64,000 bases of DNA, from contig DATKWK010000035.1 in assembly GCA_035529595.1 (NCBI GenBank), positions 317,904-381,903 on the forward strand, written 5' to 3'. Under the pieces are notes generated by a model. That model was given only the letters and a program-made list of their open reading frames with translations. It was not told the origin of the DNA and did no database searches. Within the stretch, counting starts at the first letter, position 1. Each line of letters opens with the position of its first letter. This document shows, piece by piece, positions 1 to 10,538 of the stretch. This stretch comes from Candidatus Bathyarchaeia archaeon. GTDB taxonomy: Bacteria > Patescibacteriota > Microgenomatia > PFEM01 > JAFGMK01. A program made the translations under genes and the position numbers.

Positions 1-562
1 ACAGACTATCCCTTAACCATTTGGCTTTCGTACGCAGATCAGCCTGTAAATCTTGTTCTCTTCCGAATCCTCTTCTGCGAATATCGGCTACGGTTATATC
101 AGCTGTTAGTCGGTAAACGATCTTAAAGGGAGCGTAATAGCAGTCCTGATGTCTTGTTCCTAGCTTAGTCATCAGTTCTGTCAGCCACAGGCACTGAAGA
201 TAGGTAAGCTCACATCGACAAATTCCAGGATCAACCAACCGCTTCAGGCAAACCTCCAAACACGCTTTTTCCAGATCACCTGGTTCAAGGGAAATAATTC
301 TGTTATCAGCAAGCTGTCTTTTATAGACAGCGATATCGGTTAACTCTTGACACTCAGCTTCCCAGTGAACATATTCCGGTTGCTTACGCTCTTGACTAAT
401 AGTCGGATATTTATTCATTTCCGCTCTTAACATTGCCCGTCTCTGTTTCAGATCACCAATCGGAGTAGTTAGAATGACGCGAAGGTAAGTATTAGCATCA
501 CTAATATGCTTCAAGCCTTCGTGGGTAAAATCATTTTCTACAGTTACCGTCTGTTCGTTCAT
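1..562 (-). CDS. Hypothetical protein, partial (runs off window start)
   Basis: Manual translation: ATG at 562 abuts the upstream stop and the frame (MNEQTVTVEND...) is open to base 1; absent from the ORF track. Confidence 0.7.
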   Translation of the reverse strand, partial: MNEQTVTVENDFTHEGLKHISDANTYLRVILTTPIGDLKQRRAMLRAEMNKYPTISQERKQPEYVHWEAECQELTDIAVYKRQLADNRIISLEPGDLEKACLEVCLKRLVDPGICRCELTYLQCLWLTELMTKLGTRHQDCYYAPFKIVYRLTADITVADIRRRGFGREQDLQADLRTKAKWLRDSL

Positions 563-2299
563 TTAAGGATAATAGGTCCCAAGCTCGATTTCCTCTCCGG
601 TGCTTGATAAATAACTCCACTTATAAGGAGGATATCCGATTTTATCATAAGCCAGTTCAAAACCCCTAACTTCACCGGCTTTTAAAACCAAATTGGTAAG
701 TGCCGGTTCCGGTGCCGTTCCCTGAGTTTGGCTTTTTAGCGAAAGCCGAACCGGGAAAATGGCCACTTCATCAGCAGAGACATTGGCAAAAGTTACTTTA
801 ATCTTGATTTTCTCTCCTTCTTTCCAAGCCAAATTAATATTGGCGGCGGCATTTTTTTCAATCATCTTTTGACCGAAGGAGAAGAATTCGTTTGAAGTTA
901 CCGGTTGTTGATTTTGGCTCAAGCCGGGTGTCGGCGTATTTTTCAGCAAAGGAATATTAGGCAGCGAAACTTCCAGCTTGGCAAAAAAAGCTTCCAGCTT
1001 TGGATCATTTTCTTCAACCAATTGATAATAGCGATCGGCTTGCTCATAATCGAGCCATTCTCCACGGGTAATTATTTGCTTCATCTGACTGGCAATTTGG
1101 TAAGATTCAGCTACTGCACTGACCAACTCCCGTAACTGGCTTTGGTCATAACCTGACGCGCCGACAAAGCTCTGTAAAAAATTAAGCAATTCAGCAGAAT
1201 CAGTCGCCTGCTGGTTCCAAAAATCAATTACTTCCTGGCCATAAGTTGGGACACTGGGCCAGCCGATAATCAGGTCAATAATCGGAAAACTACAGTCAAG
1301 ATTGGTTATTTCAACCGTCCCCAGCCCAATTTCGACAAAGTTACTTGAAAGAAAAGCAGACTCGTCTGCCGATGACTCAAGAATTTGTTTAATGATAGTT
1401 TCCTCATCAAGGTAACCGAAGGTAATAAATTCGTGAACCAGATTATACTGATAGCCCTTATCTTGCAGAAGTTTTTCAACTGAAACCGATTGTTCTTTCC
1501 AACTATCAAAATGCTCGTTAATTGAACCAACCCGGCTTTTGGAAACTTCGGAAAGAAGATCGTTAATCATGAGCGGCGAAATTCCATGTTCGCTCCGCAT
1601 AAGATTAATCTTTTCCAGGAGTAATTCAGTTTCAATGTTGGTTCTTAAGATTTGTCTTTGCCGCTGACTGGTAACAAACCTTTCCTTTGTCTGAGATTTA
1701 ATTACACCTTCGATATCACCCTTATCAATAAATCCAACCACCCGTGAGTCAAGACTTACAGTTCGATTATCTCCCAAGACTAAATAGTGGTCTGGAGGAA
1801 CCGTATATCGGTTACACTCCGCCAAAAAGGTGTTGCCAAAAGTCGGCAATTGATTAAGAACATAATCTTCCTCCAAAATATGACCATTAATCGTCACAAA
1901 GCCATTTTTGATCGATATTCTTTCACCGGGCAAGCCGACCACCCGCTTCAGATAGTAAAGATTGGCGGTTTCCAGGTTTTTAAAAGAAACTATGTCGCCT
2001 CGGCTAATCCCGTATTTTTTTACGCTATGAAGCTGAACAGCGTCTCCGTCTTTGATGGCAGGCAGCATTGATTCGCCACTGACATCTACTTCCGACAATC
2101 TATCAGCCAAGCCCAGTTCGAAAAAAGTTAATTTTATCAGACGGATAGCCGCTCGATAGCCTCCGTACCATGAAATTCCAAATAAAACAAAAATCAGCAA
2201 AACATAACCGATCTTCCTTGCCAGCAATCGTGGAGATCGGCAAACATCACCGATAAGTACGAAAGGCAGAAACAGAATGTTTCTAATCAACAACCACAT
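563..2299 (-). CDS. Signal peptidase I (S26) fused to a CAP/SCP-like domain and a C-terminal extension
   Basis: SGESMLP catalytic Ser, YLKRVVG Lys, GDNRTVSLDSR box E; then INLMRSEHGISPL...FVEIGLG, which is CAP-like. Confidence 0.85.
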   Translation of the reverse strand: MWLLIRNILFLPFVLIGDVCRSPRLLARKIGYVLLIFVLFGISWYGGYRAAIRLIKLTFFELGLADRLSEVDVSGESMLPAIKDGDAVQLHSVKKYGISRGDIVSFKNLETANLYYLKRVVGLPGERISIKNGFVTINGHILEEDYVLNQLPTFGNTFLAECNRYTVPPDHYLVLGDNRTVSLDSRVVGFIDKGDIEGVIKSQTKERFVTSQRQRQILRTNIETELLLEKINLMRSEHGISPLMINDLLSEVSKSRVGSINEHFDSWKEQSVSVEKLLQDKGYQYNLVHEFITFGYLDEETIIKQILESSADESAFLSSNFVEIGLGTVEITNLDCSFPIIDLIIGWPSVPTYGQEVIDFWNQQATDSAELLNFLQSFVGASGYDQSQLRELVSAVAESYQIASQMKQIITRGEWLDYEQADRYYQLVEENDPKLEAFFAKLEVSLPNIPLLKNTPTPGLSQNQQPVTSNEFFSFGQKMIEKNAAANINLAWKEGEKIKIKVTFANVSADEVAIFPVRLSLKSQTQGTAPEPALTNLVLKAGEVRGFELAYDKIGYPPYKWSYLSSTGEEIELGTYYP

Positions 2300-3275
2300 G
2301 ATTTAACCTGTCTTTTAATTGAATTAATAAAGTATAGGCTAAAGCCAAAATGATCATCGTAGAGAAGGTCTCAAACTGAAGAATGAAATTAAACGGAGTA
2401 AAAAAAGACACTAGACTGAAAAATAAAACCGGCAGAAAACTAACCGCTGCGGAAAAGGAATAGATCCGACCAAAGCCGAAAGTCAGGCAATTAATCTTAA
2501 CTAAAATCCAGACTAAAAGACTGGTAAAAAAAATATTTGCCAAATAGATTAGAAAGGTTCCGCCAACGATAATGAATATAACCAGAACTAAACCTATTTT
2601 TAGGAAACTTTCAATACGATTATCTTGATTGTACTCATCAAATTTGGAGAAAAGATAATCCTGGTTAATATTTAAATCCTGAATATTTCTTAATGACTTA
2701 ATATTGATCTTTTCATCACCGTAGTAGACTAAACTGCTTCTTGTCAATAAAGCCAAAGCTTGATATTTCTCAAAATCTTCAGCTTTTCCTCGGGTATCGA
2801 TCGCCAATAGCCTCACCTTGGAATGGGAGCCCGGCTTTTCTTTTTCTTCTGAAACAAAAATATCTACAAAATCTTTGGAAATATTAACGTAATAAGGTTC
2901 GGGAACATTCGTCGAAACATAGCCATTCTTAATCGTTATCGTCAGCTCTGCCGGATAGACAGTCCGGATAATTGACTTTACTTTTTCTTCAAAATCGGTT
3001 ATGAGCGGATAGCCGATACTTATTAGACGATAAGCCGGTTTCAGGCTGACAGAAAAAGCAATCAACAAATAAAGTAAAAAAAACTTAATCCGCCGTTGTC
3101 CCACCAGAATGCCGGTATAATACCCGGAAGAGATAAATGGTACCGGTCTTTTGGGAACAGGCAGAGGAACTTGGCCGGTTTTCTGATCCTCGTTGTAATA
3201 AACGAAATCCTTAACCGGCGGCAATGGTACTTCCTTTAGTAATGAGTTATTAATCACTTTTAATCGCTGCTTCAA
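2283..3275 (-). CDS. Multi-pass membrane protein (DUF1189-like)
   Basis: N-terminal TM, soluble loop, 3-4 C-terminal TMs; overlaps both neighbours. Confidence 0.55.
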   Translation of the reverse strand: MKQRLKVINNSLLKEVPLPPVKDFVYYNEDQKTGQVPLPVPKRPVPFISSGYYTGILVGQRRIKFFLLYLLIAFSVSLKPAYRLISIGYPLITDFEEKVKSIIRTVYPAELTITIKNGYVSTNVPEPYYVNISKDFVDIFVSEEKEKPGSHSKVRLLAIDTRGKAEDFEKYQALALLTRSSLVYYGDEKINIKSLRNIQDLNINQDYLFSKFDEYNQDNRIESFLKIGLVLVIFIIVGGTFLIYLANIFFTSLLVWILVKINCLTFGFGRIYSFSAAVSFLPVLFFSLVSFFTPFNFILQFETFSTMIILALAYTLLIQLKDRLNHVVVD

Positions 3276-4356
3276 CTCCCCCTTCGGGATAACTGTAAAC
3301 CAAAACCCGGTCGGGACTGATTTTTAATCCCACATGCTCACCCTTTTCCAACGAAGCCCGATGCGAAGAAAGGGCGACCTTCACCCGCACTATTTCCCCT
3401 CCTTTCAGCTTAACCTCAAAAAATACCTGCCCTCCTAAAAAACTGACCGAATCAATTAAACCGGACAATCCACCTTGGTTAGGTTCTTCTTTAAATAGGT
3501 TTATCTCTTCCGGTCTGAAGGCAATCACGACTCGGCTCCCGCTTTTAAACTGATTATCTCGTGTTTCAAAACGTTGGTTATGAGACAAAACCAAACTGCT
3601 GCCTTTTTTTGACCTGTCGGCAATCTTTGCTTCCAGAAAATTTGATTGACCGATAAAATTGGCCACAAAAATAGTGCCGGGGAATTGATATAGTTCCCGC
3701 GGCGTCCCGATTTGCTCTACTTCACCTTTTCTTAGAAGAACAATCCGATCGGAAAGAAACATCGCCTCATCTTGATCGTGAGTGACATGAATGGCAGTAA
3801 AGTGAAGCCTTTTGGCCAATTTCTTCAGTTCAACCTTAATCTCATTTTTAATCTGGGCATCCAAAGAACTTAACGGTTCATCCAAAAGAATCAGTTTGCT
3901 GCCTGATGCAAGAGCCCGAGCCAGTCCAACCCGCTGCTGCATTCCACTTGAAAGCTGGGAAGAATAGGCTTTTCTCCTGGCTGACAACTTAATCATTTTT
4001 AAAAGTTGATTACCTACTTCTTCAATTTTTGCCTTATCGAAACCGCGAATTCTTGGCCCATAAGTGATATTCTGCCAAACATCAAGATGGGGAAAAAGGG
4101 CGAAATTTTGAAAAACGAAACCAATATTCCGCTCTTCAGGCGGTAACCCGTTAACCGGCTGATTGTCGATAATAATTTGACCGTAATCGGAGGTTTCCAG
4201 ACCGGCAATAATCCGTAAAAGAGTTGTCTTACCACACCCTGAAGGCCCCAAGACTGTCACATACTCCTGGTCTTGAACATCAAAAGTAATATCTTTTAAG
4301 GCAACGATTTTGCCGGTGAAAGTTTTTTTAATATTTTTCAGATTAACCTGCGGCAT
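3250..4356 (-). CDS. ABC importer ATP-binding subunit (PotA/CysA/FbpC type) with TOBE-like tail
   Basis: GPSGCGKT, LSSGMQQR, LLDEP, HVTHDQ. Confidence 0.93.
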   Translation of the reverse strand: MPQVNLKNIKKTFTGKIVALKDITFDVQDQEYVTVLGPSGCGKTTLLRIIAGLETSDYGQIIIDNQPVNGLPPEERNIGFVFQNFALFPHLDVWQNITYGPRIRGFDKAKIEEVGNQLLKMIKLSARRKAYSSQLSSGMQQRVGLARALASGSKLILLDEPLSSLDAQIKNEIKVELKKLAKRLHFTAIHVTHDQDEAMFLSDRIVLLRKGEVEQIGTPRELYQFPGTIFVANFIGQSNFLEAKIADRSKKGSSLVLSHNQRFETRDNQFKSGSRVVIAFRPEEINLFKEEPNQGGLSGLIDSVSFLGGQVFFEVKLKGGEIVRVKVALSSHRASLEKGEHVGLKISPDRVLVYSYPEGGVEAAIKSD

Positions 4357-4363
4357 AGCTTAA

Positions 4364-5935
4364 TTATAAATAGCTTTTGGATTTAATAAACTTTCCGGTT
4401 ACCAAAAAGAAAAGGAAAGAAAAAAGAATCAAGATTACGGAGGCAAAGGCTGCCTGATTAGTCCTTCCGGAGGTAACCAGATTAACGATATAAACCGGGG
4501 CGGTAATTGCTCGGGGCGCGACCGACATCGTCGCTCCGGTTTCCGACAGGCTTCTGGTGAAAGCCATAATCGCACTTGACTCTAAAGTAGGAACAACCAG
4601 AGGAAGAGTAACTGTCTTAAAAACTGTTGCGGGACTGCCACCGAGCATTCTCGCCGCTTCTTCAAAGCTGGACCGAGTATTTCTGAAAGCTACTACCAAT
4701 GGCTTGACAATATAAGGAAAAGTGAACGCCAAATGAGCCAATATAATTAGAACAAATAAGGGAAGATTGGCTGCCACCCCCTGCCAATATAGAGCTAACG
4801 AAAAACCTAAGACCGAGGTGGGAATGATTAACGGAAAATCAACCAGTGTTTCCAAAAAAGCATTAAGGTGTCTAAAGCGACTGCGGGCAATCAGGAAAGC
4901 CAGGAACAGCCCGCTGATTAAATTAATGATTGTTGCCGCTACCGCAATAAGAATCGAAGAAATAAGGCTGTCAATTAAAAGCGAATCCTCATCAAGCGGT
5001 AATAAACGAAATCGAGAAAGAATAAAGAACGAAGGAATGATTATGACAACAGTGAGTAACGAAAAGACCAGTATATTCTTGAAATTACTGGCACTTTTTC
5101 TGCTCAAGAAATGTTCCAACTTTGGTTGATAAAAAAGACAAGGAGCTCCGGTTTTACCTGATAAATGTTTTACCATCAAGAAAAGAAACCAGGAAATAAG
5201 AATCAAAATTGCGCTTATTACAACAGCAACCGCCATAAATTGAGCGGTACCGGAGGTTTGTTTCCATGAAGCAATCAATACCGGCGCCGTCTTGAGGCGG
5301 CTTCCTATTGTCGTTAGAGCGATAATCGTCGCTCCGGTTTCACTCAAACTCCTGGCAAATGTCAAAATGGTACCTAAGGCAATTCTTTCTTTAATTAACG
5401 GCAGGGTGACAGTTCGTGCGGCCGTCAAACTCGAAGCTCCCAAAACCCGAGCCGCTTCTTCAGAAGACAAATTTAATTCTTCAAAAGCAACAACCAGGGA
5501 TCCAATAATATAAGGAGAAGAAAAGGCCAGGTGAACTAAAGCCACCAGTAAAAAGGGCGAGAAAGATAGTCCAGTTTGAAGCCAAAAATAGACGACGGAA
5601 AATCCTAAAGCAGAAGTAGGTACCGACAGGGGTAATTTAATTAAGGCTTTAACTGCTGTTTTCCCCCAAAAATCATAACGTGCTAAAACCCAAGCAGTTA
5701 AAATTCCTAGAAATAAGTCAAATAGAGTCACACAGAAAGCTACTTTAAAAGAAAACGCTAAACTTTGAAGAATCAAACTGAAGGTTGGTCGATTAAAAAT
5801 CACCGACTCAATGCTTTTCCAATCCTTAAGCGGGTACAAAAGCACATAAACACTGGGAATAAGAACAAACAATAAAAAGAAAATTACCCCGATGACTCCC
5901 AGAACTTTTAGCCAGCCCTTGTTTATTGATCCCAT
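4364..5935 (-). CDS. ABC importer permease with two fused TM domains (FbpB/ThiP type)
   Basis: Two EAA loops (EEAARVLGAS, EEAARMLGGS) and duplicated RSLSETGAT. Confidence 0.9.
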   Translation of the reverse strand: MGSINKGWLKVLGVIGVIFFLLFVLIPSVYVLLYPLKDWKSIESVIFNRPTFSLILQSLAFSFKVAFCVTLFDLFLGILTAWVLARYDFWGKTAVKALIKLPLSVPTSALGFSVVYFWLQTGLSFSPFLLVALVHLAFSSPYIIGSLVVAFEELNLSSEEAARVLGASSLTAARTVTLPLIKERIALGTILTFARSLSETGATIIALTTIGSRLKTAPVLIASWKQTSGTAQFMAVAVVISAILILISWFLFLMVKHLSGKTGAPCLFYQPKLEHFLSRKSASNFKNILVFSLLTVVIIIPSFFILSRFRLLPLDEDSLLIDSLISSILIAVAATIINLISGLFLAFLIARSRFRHLNAFLETLVDFPLIIPTSVLGFSLALYWQGVAANLPLFVLIILAHLAFTFPYIVKPLVVAFRNTRSSFEEAARMLGGSPATVFKTVTLPLVVPTLESSAIMAFTRSLSETGATMSVAPRAITAPVYIVNLVTSGRTNQAAFASVILILFSFLFFLVTGKFIKSKSYL

Positions 5936-6068
5936 ACTCTCATCTTTACTTTAACCTCTTAAACCCAATAAACCACCCGCCCTGACGGGATTTAACAAAA
6001 TCCAATTCAGCCACCTTTAATAGTAATCTTCCTCGAAAAACCAAAAATCTATCTTAACGATTCAAAAA

Positions 6069-6089
6069 GGGGTGTTCACTTTAAACCCC
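6069..6089 (-). terminator. Possible hairpin terminator downstream of the RRM gene
   Basis: GGGGT...ACCCC stem with AAAAA to its left, giving a U-tract on the minus strand. Confidence 0.4.
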
Positions 6090-6136
6090 GGCTTGAACCT
6101 TGCATATATTTCAGATAGGACCAGCGGTAATTATTG

Positions 6137-6544
6137 CTACTCTGAATCAGAAGCTTGATCAGCAGATTCTGCCGCTACTTCTTCGGCTTCAGGTTCGACG
6201 GGTAGTTCTGATGATGGTGCTGGTTCCGGTTCAACGGTAACTTCAACAGCCGGCGCTGGGCTTTCTACTTGAGATTCTTGAGCAGACGGCTCGGTTTCTC
6301 TTGGCTGAGCTTCGGCTACCGACAATTTTCGACTCAGATCTTCCTGACCGTCAAACATTTCGATTGCCTTCTGAGCCTCCTCGACATTGCTCATTTCCAC
6401 AAAACCGAAACCCTTGGAACGACCAGTGCGCTTTCGTGTAATGACCGTTGCGCTGACAACAGTACCTGCTTTCGAAAATAAGTCCTTCAGCTGGTCGCTG
6501 GTCACACCATAATCAAGGTTACCAACATAAAGTCTGGGGTTCAA
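6137..6544 (-). CDS. RRM RNA-binding protein with acidic tail
   Basis: RNP2 LYVGNL, RNP1 KGFGFVEM. Confidence 0.93.
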   Translation of the reverse strand: MNPRLYVGNLDYGVTSDQLKDLFSKAGTVVSATVITRKRTGRSKGFGFVEMSNVEEAQKAIEMFDGQEDLSRKLSVAEAQPRETEPSAQESQVESPAPAVEVTVEPEPAPSSELPVEPEAEEVAAESADQASDSE

Positions 6545-6759
6545 ATTTTCTCACCTCCTTTTTTGAGTTTAATAAGCTTCTAAATAAAGCTTGCCGAAAT
6601 AAATCTAGAACTAGTTTATCAGGAAAGCGAATCAAAATAAATAGATAAATTTACCATGGTCCGATACTGCCCTTGACATGAGGACGGAAATATTATTAAA
6701 TGGTATTCAGAATTGCTTTGTGCCGGTCATTACGAAGCAAATACCGGCGAGAACGGAAA

Positions 6760-7266
6760 ATGAAGATTAAACTGCCTTTTTTTATTATTGTCTTTTTTTT
6801 GGCGACTTTTTACTTTACTTCTCAGGTACGAGCAGCAGATTTTAAATTAACCGCAATCGGTACTCTGGATGTTTCGGAAACACTTTACTCCCATATGTGG
6901 TACACCGGCAATCAACCGAATTTTTCTGGAACCGGGAACAAAGGTGCCGCTGTCAGCATTACCGTTGATGGCAACTCATATTCAACTACTGTCAATGATA
7001 ATGATCAATGGAGCTGGAAACCGCCGGCTCCCTTAGAAAATACGGATCATAGTCTCTCCTTTGTCTCGGAAGAAAAAACTGTCTTATTAACTCTAACTAC
7101 CGGGTCAACCGTACCGGAAAACGTTATCACTACGCCAAGCGCCAGTCCATCAGGTTTACCCCAAGCCGGACTTGTATGGCCTACGATACTCACTCTTGGC
7201 TCAGGCTGTATTTTAATTCTTTATCCGCTTCTGAAAAAACTTGCTTATAAACTAGGTAGCGATTAA
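6760..7266 (+). CDS. Secreted Ig-like surface protein with LPxAG sorting signal
   Basis: Likely start MKIKLP with signal peptide (VRA-A); Ig-like PNFSGTG...WSW; LPQAG then TM then basic tail. Confidence 0.7.
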   Translation: MKIKLPFFIIVFFLATFYFTSQVRAADFKLTAIGTLDVSETLYSHMWYTGNQPNFSGTGNKGAAVSITVDGNSYSTTVNDNDQWSWKPPAPLENTDHSLSFVSEEKTVLLTLTTGSTVPENVITTPSASPSGLPQAGLVWPTILTLGSGCILILYPLLKKLAYKLGSD

Positions 7267-7314
7267 GAAGTTATCCGCTATCTCGGTAGAAGTCAGTCTT
7301 AAACATATAAAGCC

Positions 7315-9723
7315 TTACTGTTTACTTTCGGCGTCTTTAAGAGCCAGTTTAAAAACTTCATCCACGCTATTAACATAAACAAATTCTATGTCTTTCTTTA
7401 CTTTCTTGGGAACATCAACCAAGTCCTTCCGATTATCCTTTGGTAAGATCACCTTTTTTAAACCAGCGCGGTGGGCAGCAATTACTTTCTCTTTGATCCC
7501 GCCGATTTCCAAAACCTGACCTCTTAAAGTTACCTCGCCTGTCATACCTATTTCTCGATGAATTGGACGTCTGCTGAAGGCCGAATATAAGGCAGAAGCG
7601 ATGGCAATCCCTGCGGAAGGACCATCCTTGGCAATTGCCCCTTCCGGAACATGAATATGAATATCCAGATTTTGATAGAAGTCCTTATCCAGGCCTAATT
7701 TTTCCCAACGGCTGCGAATATAAGAAAAGGCAGCCTTACAAGATTCTTTCATTACTTTTCCCAATTTACCAGTAAGCAGCAAGCTCCCCTTTCCTGGCAT
7801 CAAAGCCACTTCAATGAAAAGAATGTCGCCACCCGTCTGGGTATAAGCAAGACCGGTAGCAATTCCGATTTCGTCACTTTTTTCAGCCAGAACGGGACTA
7901 AATTTAGGCGGGCCCAAAAATCTCTGCAAACGAGCTATTTTTACTACCCGGGGAGCGTTCTTATTCTCAGCTACTCTTCGGGCAAGTTTCCGGCAAATAG
8001 TGGCTAAATTTCTCTCCAGTTCCCTTACTCCCGCCTCCCGAGTGTAACGATTGATTATTTCCCTCAATACCGATCCGTCGATTGAAACATCCTTTTCTCC
8101 CAGGCCGTTAAACCTAAGCTGTTTTTTCCACAAGAATCTTTTAGCAATATAAAACTTTTCATCTTCGGTATAACCTGGAAAACGAATAACTTCCATTCGA
8201 TCCCTCAAGGCTGGCGGAATCGTATCAAGAACATTGGCCGTAGTAATAAACATTACCTTAGAGAGATCAAAGGGGACTTCAAGATAGTGATCGGAAAATT
8301 CAAAATTCTGTTCCGGATCCAAAGCCTCAAGTAAAGCTGCTGAAGGATCACCGCGAAAATCTGTCCCCACCTTATCAATCTCATCGAGCATAAACACCGG
8401 ATTATTGGTCCCGGCGTTTTTAATTCCTTGAATAATCCGCCCGGGCATTGCGCCGACATATGTTCGTCGGTGACCGCGAATTTCTGCTTCATCCCGAATC
8501 CCTCCCAAACTCATGCGAACAAACTCCCGATCCAGAGACCGGGCAATCGATTTTCCTATTGAGGTTTTACCTACCCCCGGAGGACCAACGAAACATAGAA
8601 TAGTCGGCCCACCAGCTTCTTTTCTCTTCTCTTTCTTTCTTTTTTCACCAACCTCCTCAGTTACTGATTTTTCCTTTAACTTCATCACCGCAAGATATTC
8701 GGCAATCCTTTCCTTAATTTTCTCTAAACCATAATGATCGGCATCAAGGATCTTTACTGCCTCAGCTATATCTGCCTGATTGGGGCTGGATTTAGACCAG
8801 GGTAATTCCACCAATAAATCAAGATAAGTCCGAATGTAACCCTTCTCCGGATGATAGGCCGGAAGACGCATTAATCTTGATAATTCTTTTTTTGCCTTCT
8901 TAGTAACTTTAACTGGCATCTTAGCGGCCTTAATTTTTGTCTTCAGCTCCTTAATTTCCTGATCATCCCCGTCCTCTTCGCCTAATTCTTTCTCGATTAT
9001 TTTCTTCCTTTCCCTTAACATCGCTTCTCTAACCGATTTATCGAATTTATCTTTGGTTTTAGAGGAAATGCTCTGTTCAAGCTTAAGAACCTTAATTTCG
9101 TGAGACAGGTATTCGGCCACTTTTTCCATTCGTTTTCTAACCGAGACCAATTCTAGAAGTTCCTGTTTTTCTTTTGTCTCAATCTCAAGAACCGAAGCGA
9201 CCTGGTCAACCAACTCATTCGGGCTAATATCTGCTCCAATCAGTCTCATTACTGCCATTAAATCAACCGATTTACCTAAATTGACTGCACGTTTAAAACT
9301 TCTTTTCAAATACTGAGCCAGCGCTCTAGTATCATCATCTTTAACCACCATTTCCGGCATTGGCTTAATTTTGACTTGAAAAAAAGGCTCATCTTGAACA
9401 AAGGCCTCGATTCTTACACGACCGATTCCTTTTATTAAAGCATTAACTGCCTCTTCTGAAGGAAAAAGACGAATCAGTTTGGCCAATGTTCCGACCTGAT
9501 ATAAGTCATCCTCAGTCGGATTATTTATCTGTGATCTCTTCTGAGTAACCAAACAAATAAGATTATCCTTTTTTGAAGCCGCTTCAACGGCAGTAACTGA
9601 TTTTGCCCGGCCAAAAGTTAAGGCCACTTCGGTATAGGGAAAAACAACTGCACCTCTAACCGGCACCAGCGGTATTATTTGACTTTCAATAATTTTTTTA
9701 CCTTGTTTAAGTAGTAGAGTCAT
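7315..9723 (-). CDS. lon: ATP-dependent Lon protease
   Basis: Lon N domain, GPPGVGKT, LDEIDK, KDGPSAG Ser, IGGIKEK Lys. Confidence 0.98.
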   Translation of the reverse strand: MTLLLKQGKKIIESQIIPLVPVRGAVVFPYTEVALTFGRAKSVTAVEAASKKDNLICLVTQKRSQINNPTEDDLYQVGTLAKLIRLFPSEEAVNALIKGIGRVRIEAFVQDEPFFQVKIKPMPEMVVKDDDTRALAQYLKRSFKRAVNLGKSVDLMAVMRLIGADISPNELVDQVASVLEIETKEKQELLELVSVRKRMEKVAEYLSHEIKVLKLEQSISSKTKDKFDKSVREAMLRERKKIIEKELGEEDGDDQEIKELKTKIKAAKMPVKVTKKAKKELSRLMRLPAYHPEKGYIRTYLDLLVELPWSKSSPNQADIAEAVKILDADHYGLEKIKERIAEYLAVMKLKEKSVTEEVGEKRKKEKRKEAGGPTILCFVGPPGVGKTSIGKSIARSLDREFVRMSLGGIRDEAEIRGHRRTYVGAMPGRIIQGIKNAGTNNPVFMLDEIDKVGTDFRGDPSAALLEALDPEQNFEFSDHYLEVPFDLSKVMFITTANVLDTIPPALRDRMEVIRFPGYTEDEKFYIAKRFLWKKQLRFNGLGEKDVSIDGSVLREIINRYTREAGVRELERNLATICRKLARRVAENKNAPRVVKIARLQRFLGPPKFSPVLAEKSDEIGIATGLAYTQTGGDILFIEVALMPGKGSLLLTGKLGKVMKESCKAAFSYIRSRWEKLGLDKDFYQNLDIHIHVPEGAIAKDGPSAGIAIASALYSAFSRRPIHREIGMTGEVTLRGQVLEIGGIKEKVIAAHRAGLKKVILPKDNRKDLVDVPKKVKKDIEFVYVNSVDEVFKLALKDAESKQ

Positions 9724-9781
9724 ATCCAGAAAATTATTTTTAGCAGTCTAACACGCTAAGTGCTAGTTGTCAACCTCCAGT

Positions 9782-10489
9782 TTATTCATGAATAACCACT
9801 TTTAAACCAGGGTTATCAGCTGTTGCCCGAACCAAACTCTGTCCTTTAGGCAAGACTGGAGAGGCCCAATAGAAAAGTTTTTCAGCATCAGGCGTGGCCA
9901 GATTGATACAACCATGACTCATGGGCTCACCGAAATTTTGATGCCAATAAGTACCGTGCATCCCGTAACCATTATAAAAATACATTACATAAGGGACATT
10001 CGGGAGATAATAATAGGTTCTCTTTTCTTTTGAACCACCGCTCATTTTTGTATATTTAAACTTTGACCAAATACGAAAAGTACCCACTGGCGTAAGTGCC
10101 CACTTGCCACTGGACATTAAGAAATTATAGACGATTCTCTCACCTTCATGCGCTAAAAGTCTTTGATCGCTTAAATCTATCTCAATCCAGCGTTCATCGG
10201 TGGTCGCCCCCAAAATGGCGCCTTCCGCTAATAGTAGATTTTCTGGCTTGGCCGGTCCTTCTTCAAAACCAAAATCAGTCGGCTGATTATTAAAATATGC
10301 AATATTATCATCTTCCTCAAAATCCCCGGTCCCTTGGCCATCAACTGAATAGCAACCGCAAGTTTCTTTATCATTAACAGCCCGAACCGAGATAAAAATA
10401 ATTGCCAATCCTAAAAGAAAAGCCAAAGGTATGAAGAATAAAAAAAACCTTCTTTTACCTGCTATTTTTTTATTATTTTTCAGGGTCAC
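9782..10489 (-). CDS. L,D-transpeptidase (YkuD family)
   Basis: IEIDLSDQ, TPVGTF, HGTYWH...SHGCINL; N-terminal TM. Confidence 0.92.
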   Translation of the reverse strand: MTLKNNKKIAGKRRFFLFFIPLAFLLGLAIIFISVRAVNDKETCGCYSVDGQGTGDFEEDDNIAYFNNQPTDFGFEEGPAKPENLLLAEGAILGATTDERWIEIDLSDQRLLAHEGERIVYNFLMSSGKWALTPVGTFRIWSKFKYTKMSGGSKEKRTYYYLPNVPYVMYFYNGYGMHGTYWHQNFGEPMSHGCINLATPDAEKLFYWASPVLPKGQSLVRATADNPGLKVVIHE

Positions 10490-10538
10490 TGACCTATCTT
10501 AGCATATTTTAACTTGGACGAAAAACTGATCACATTCA

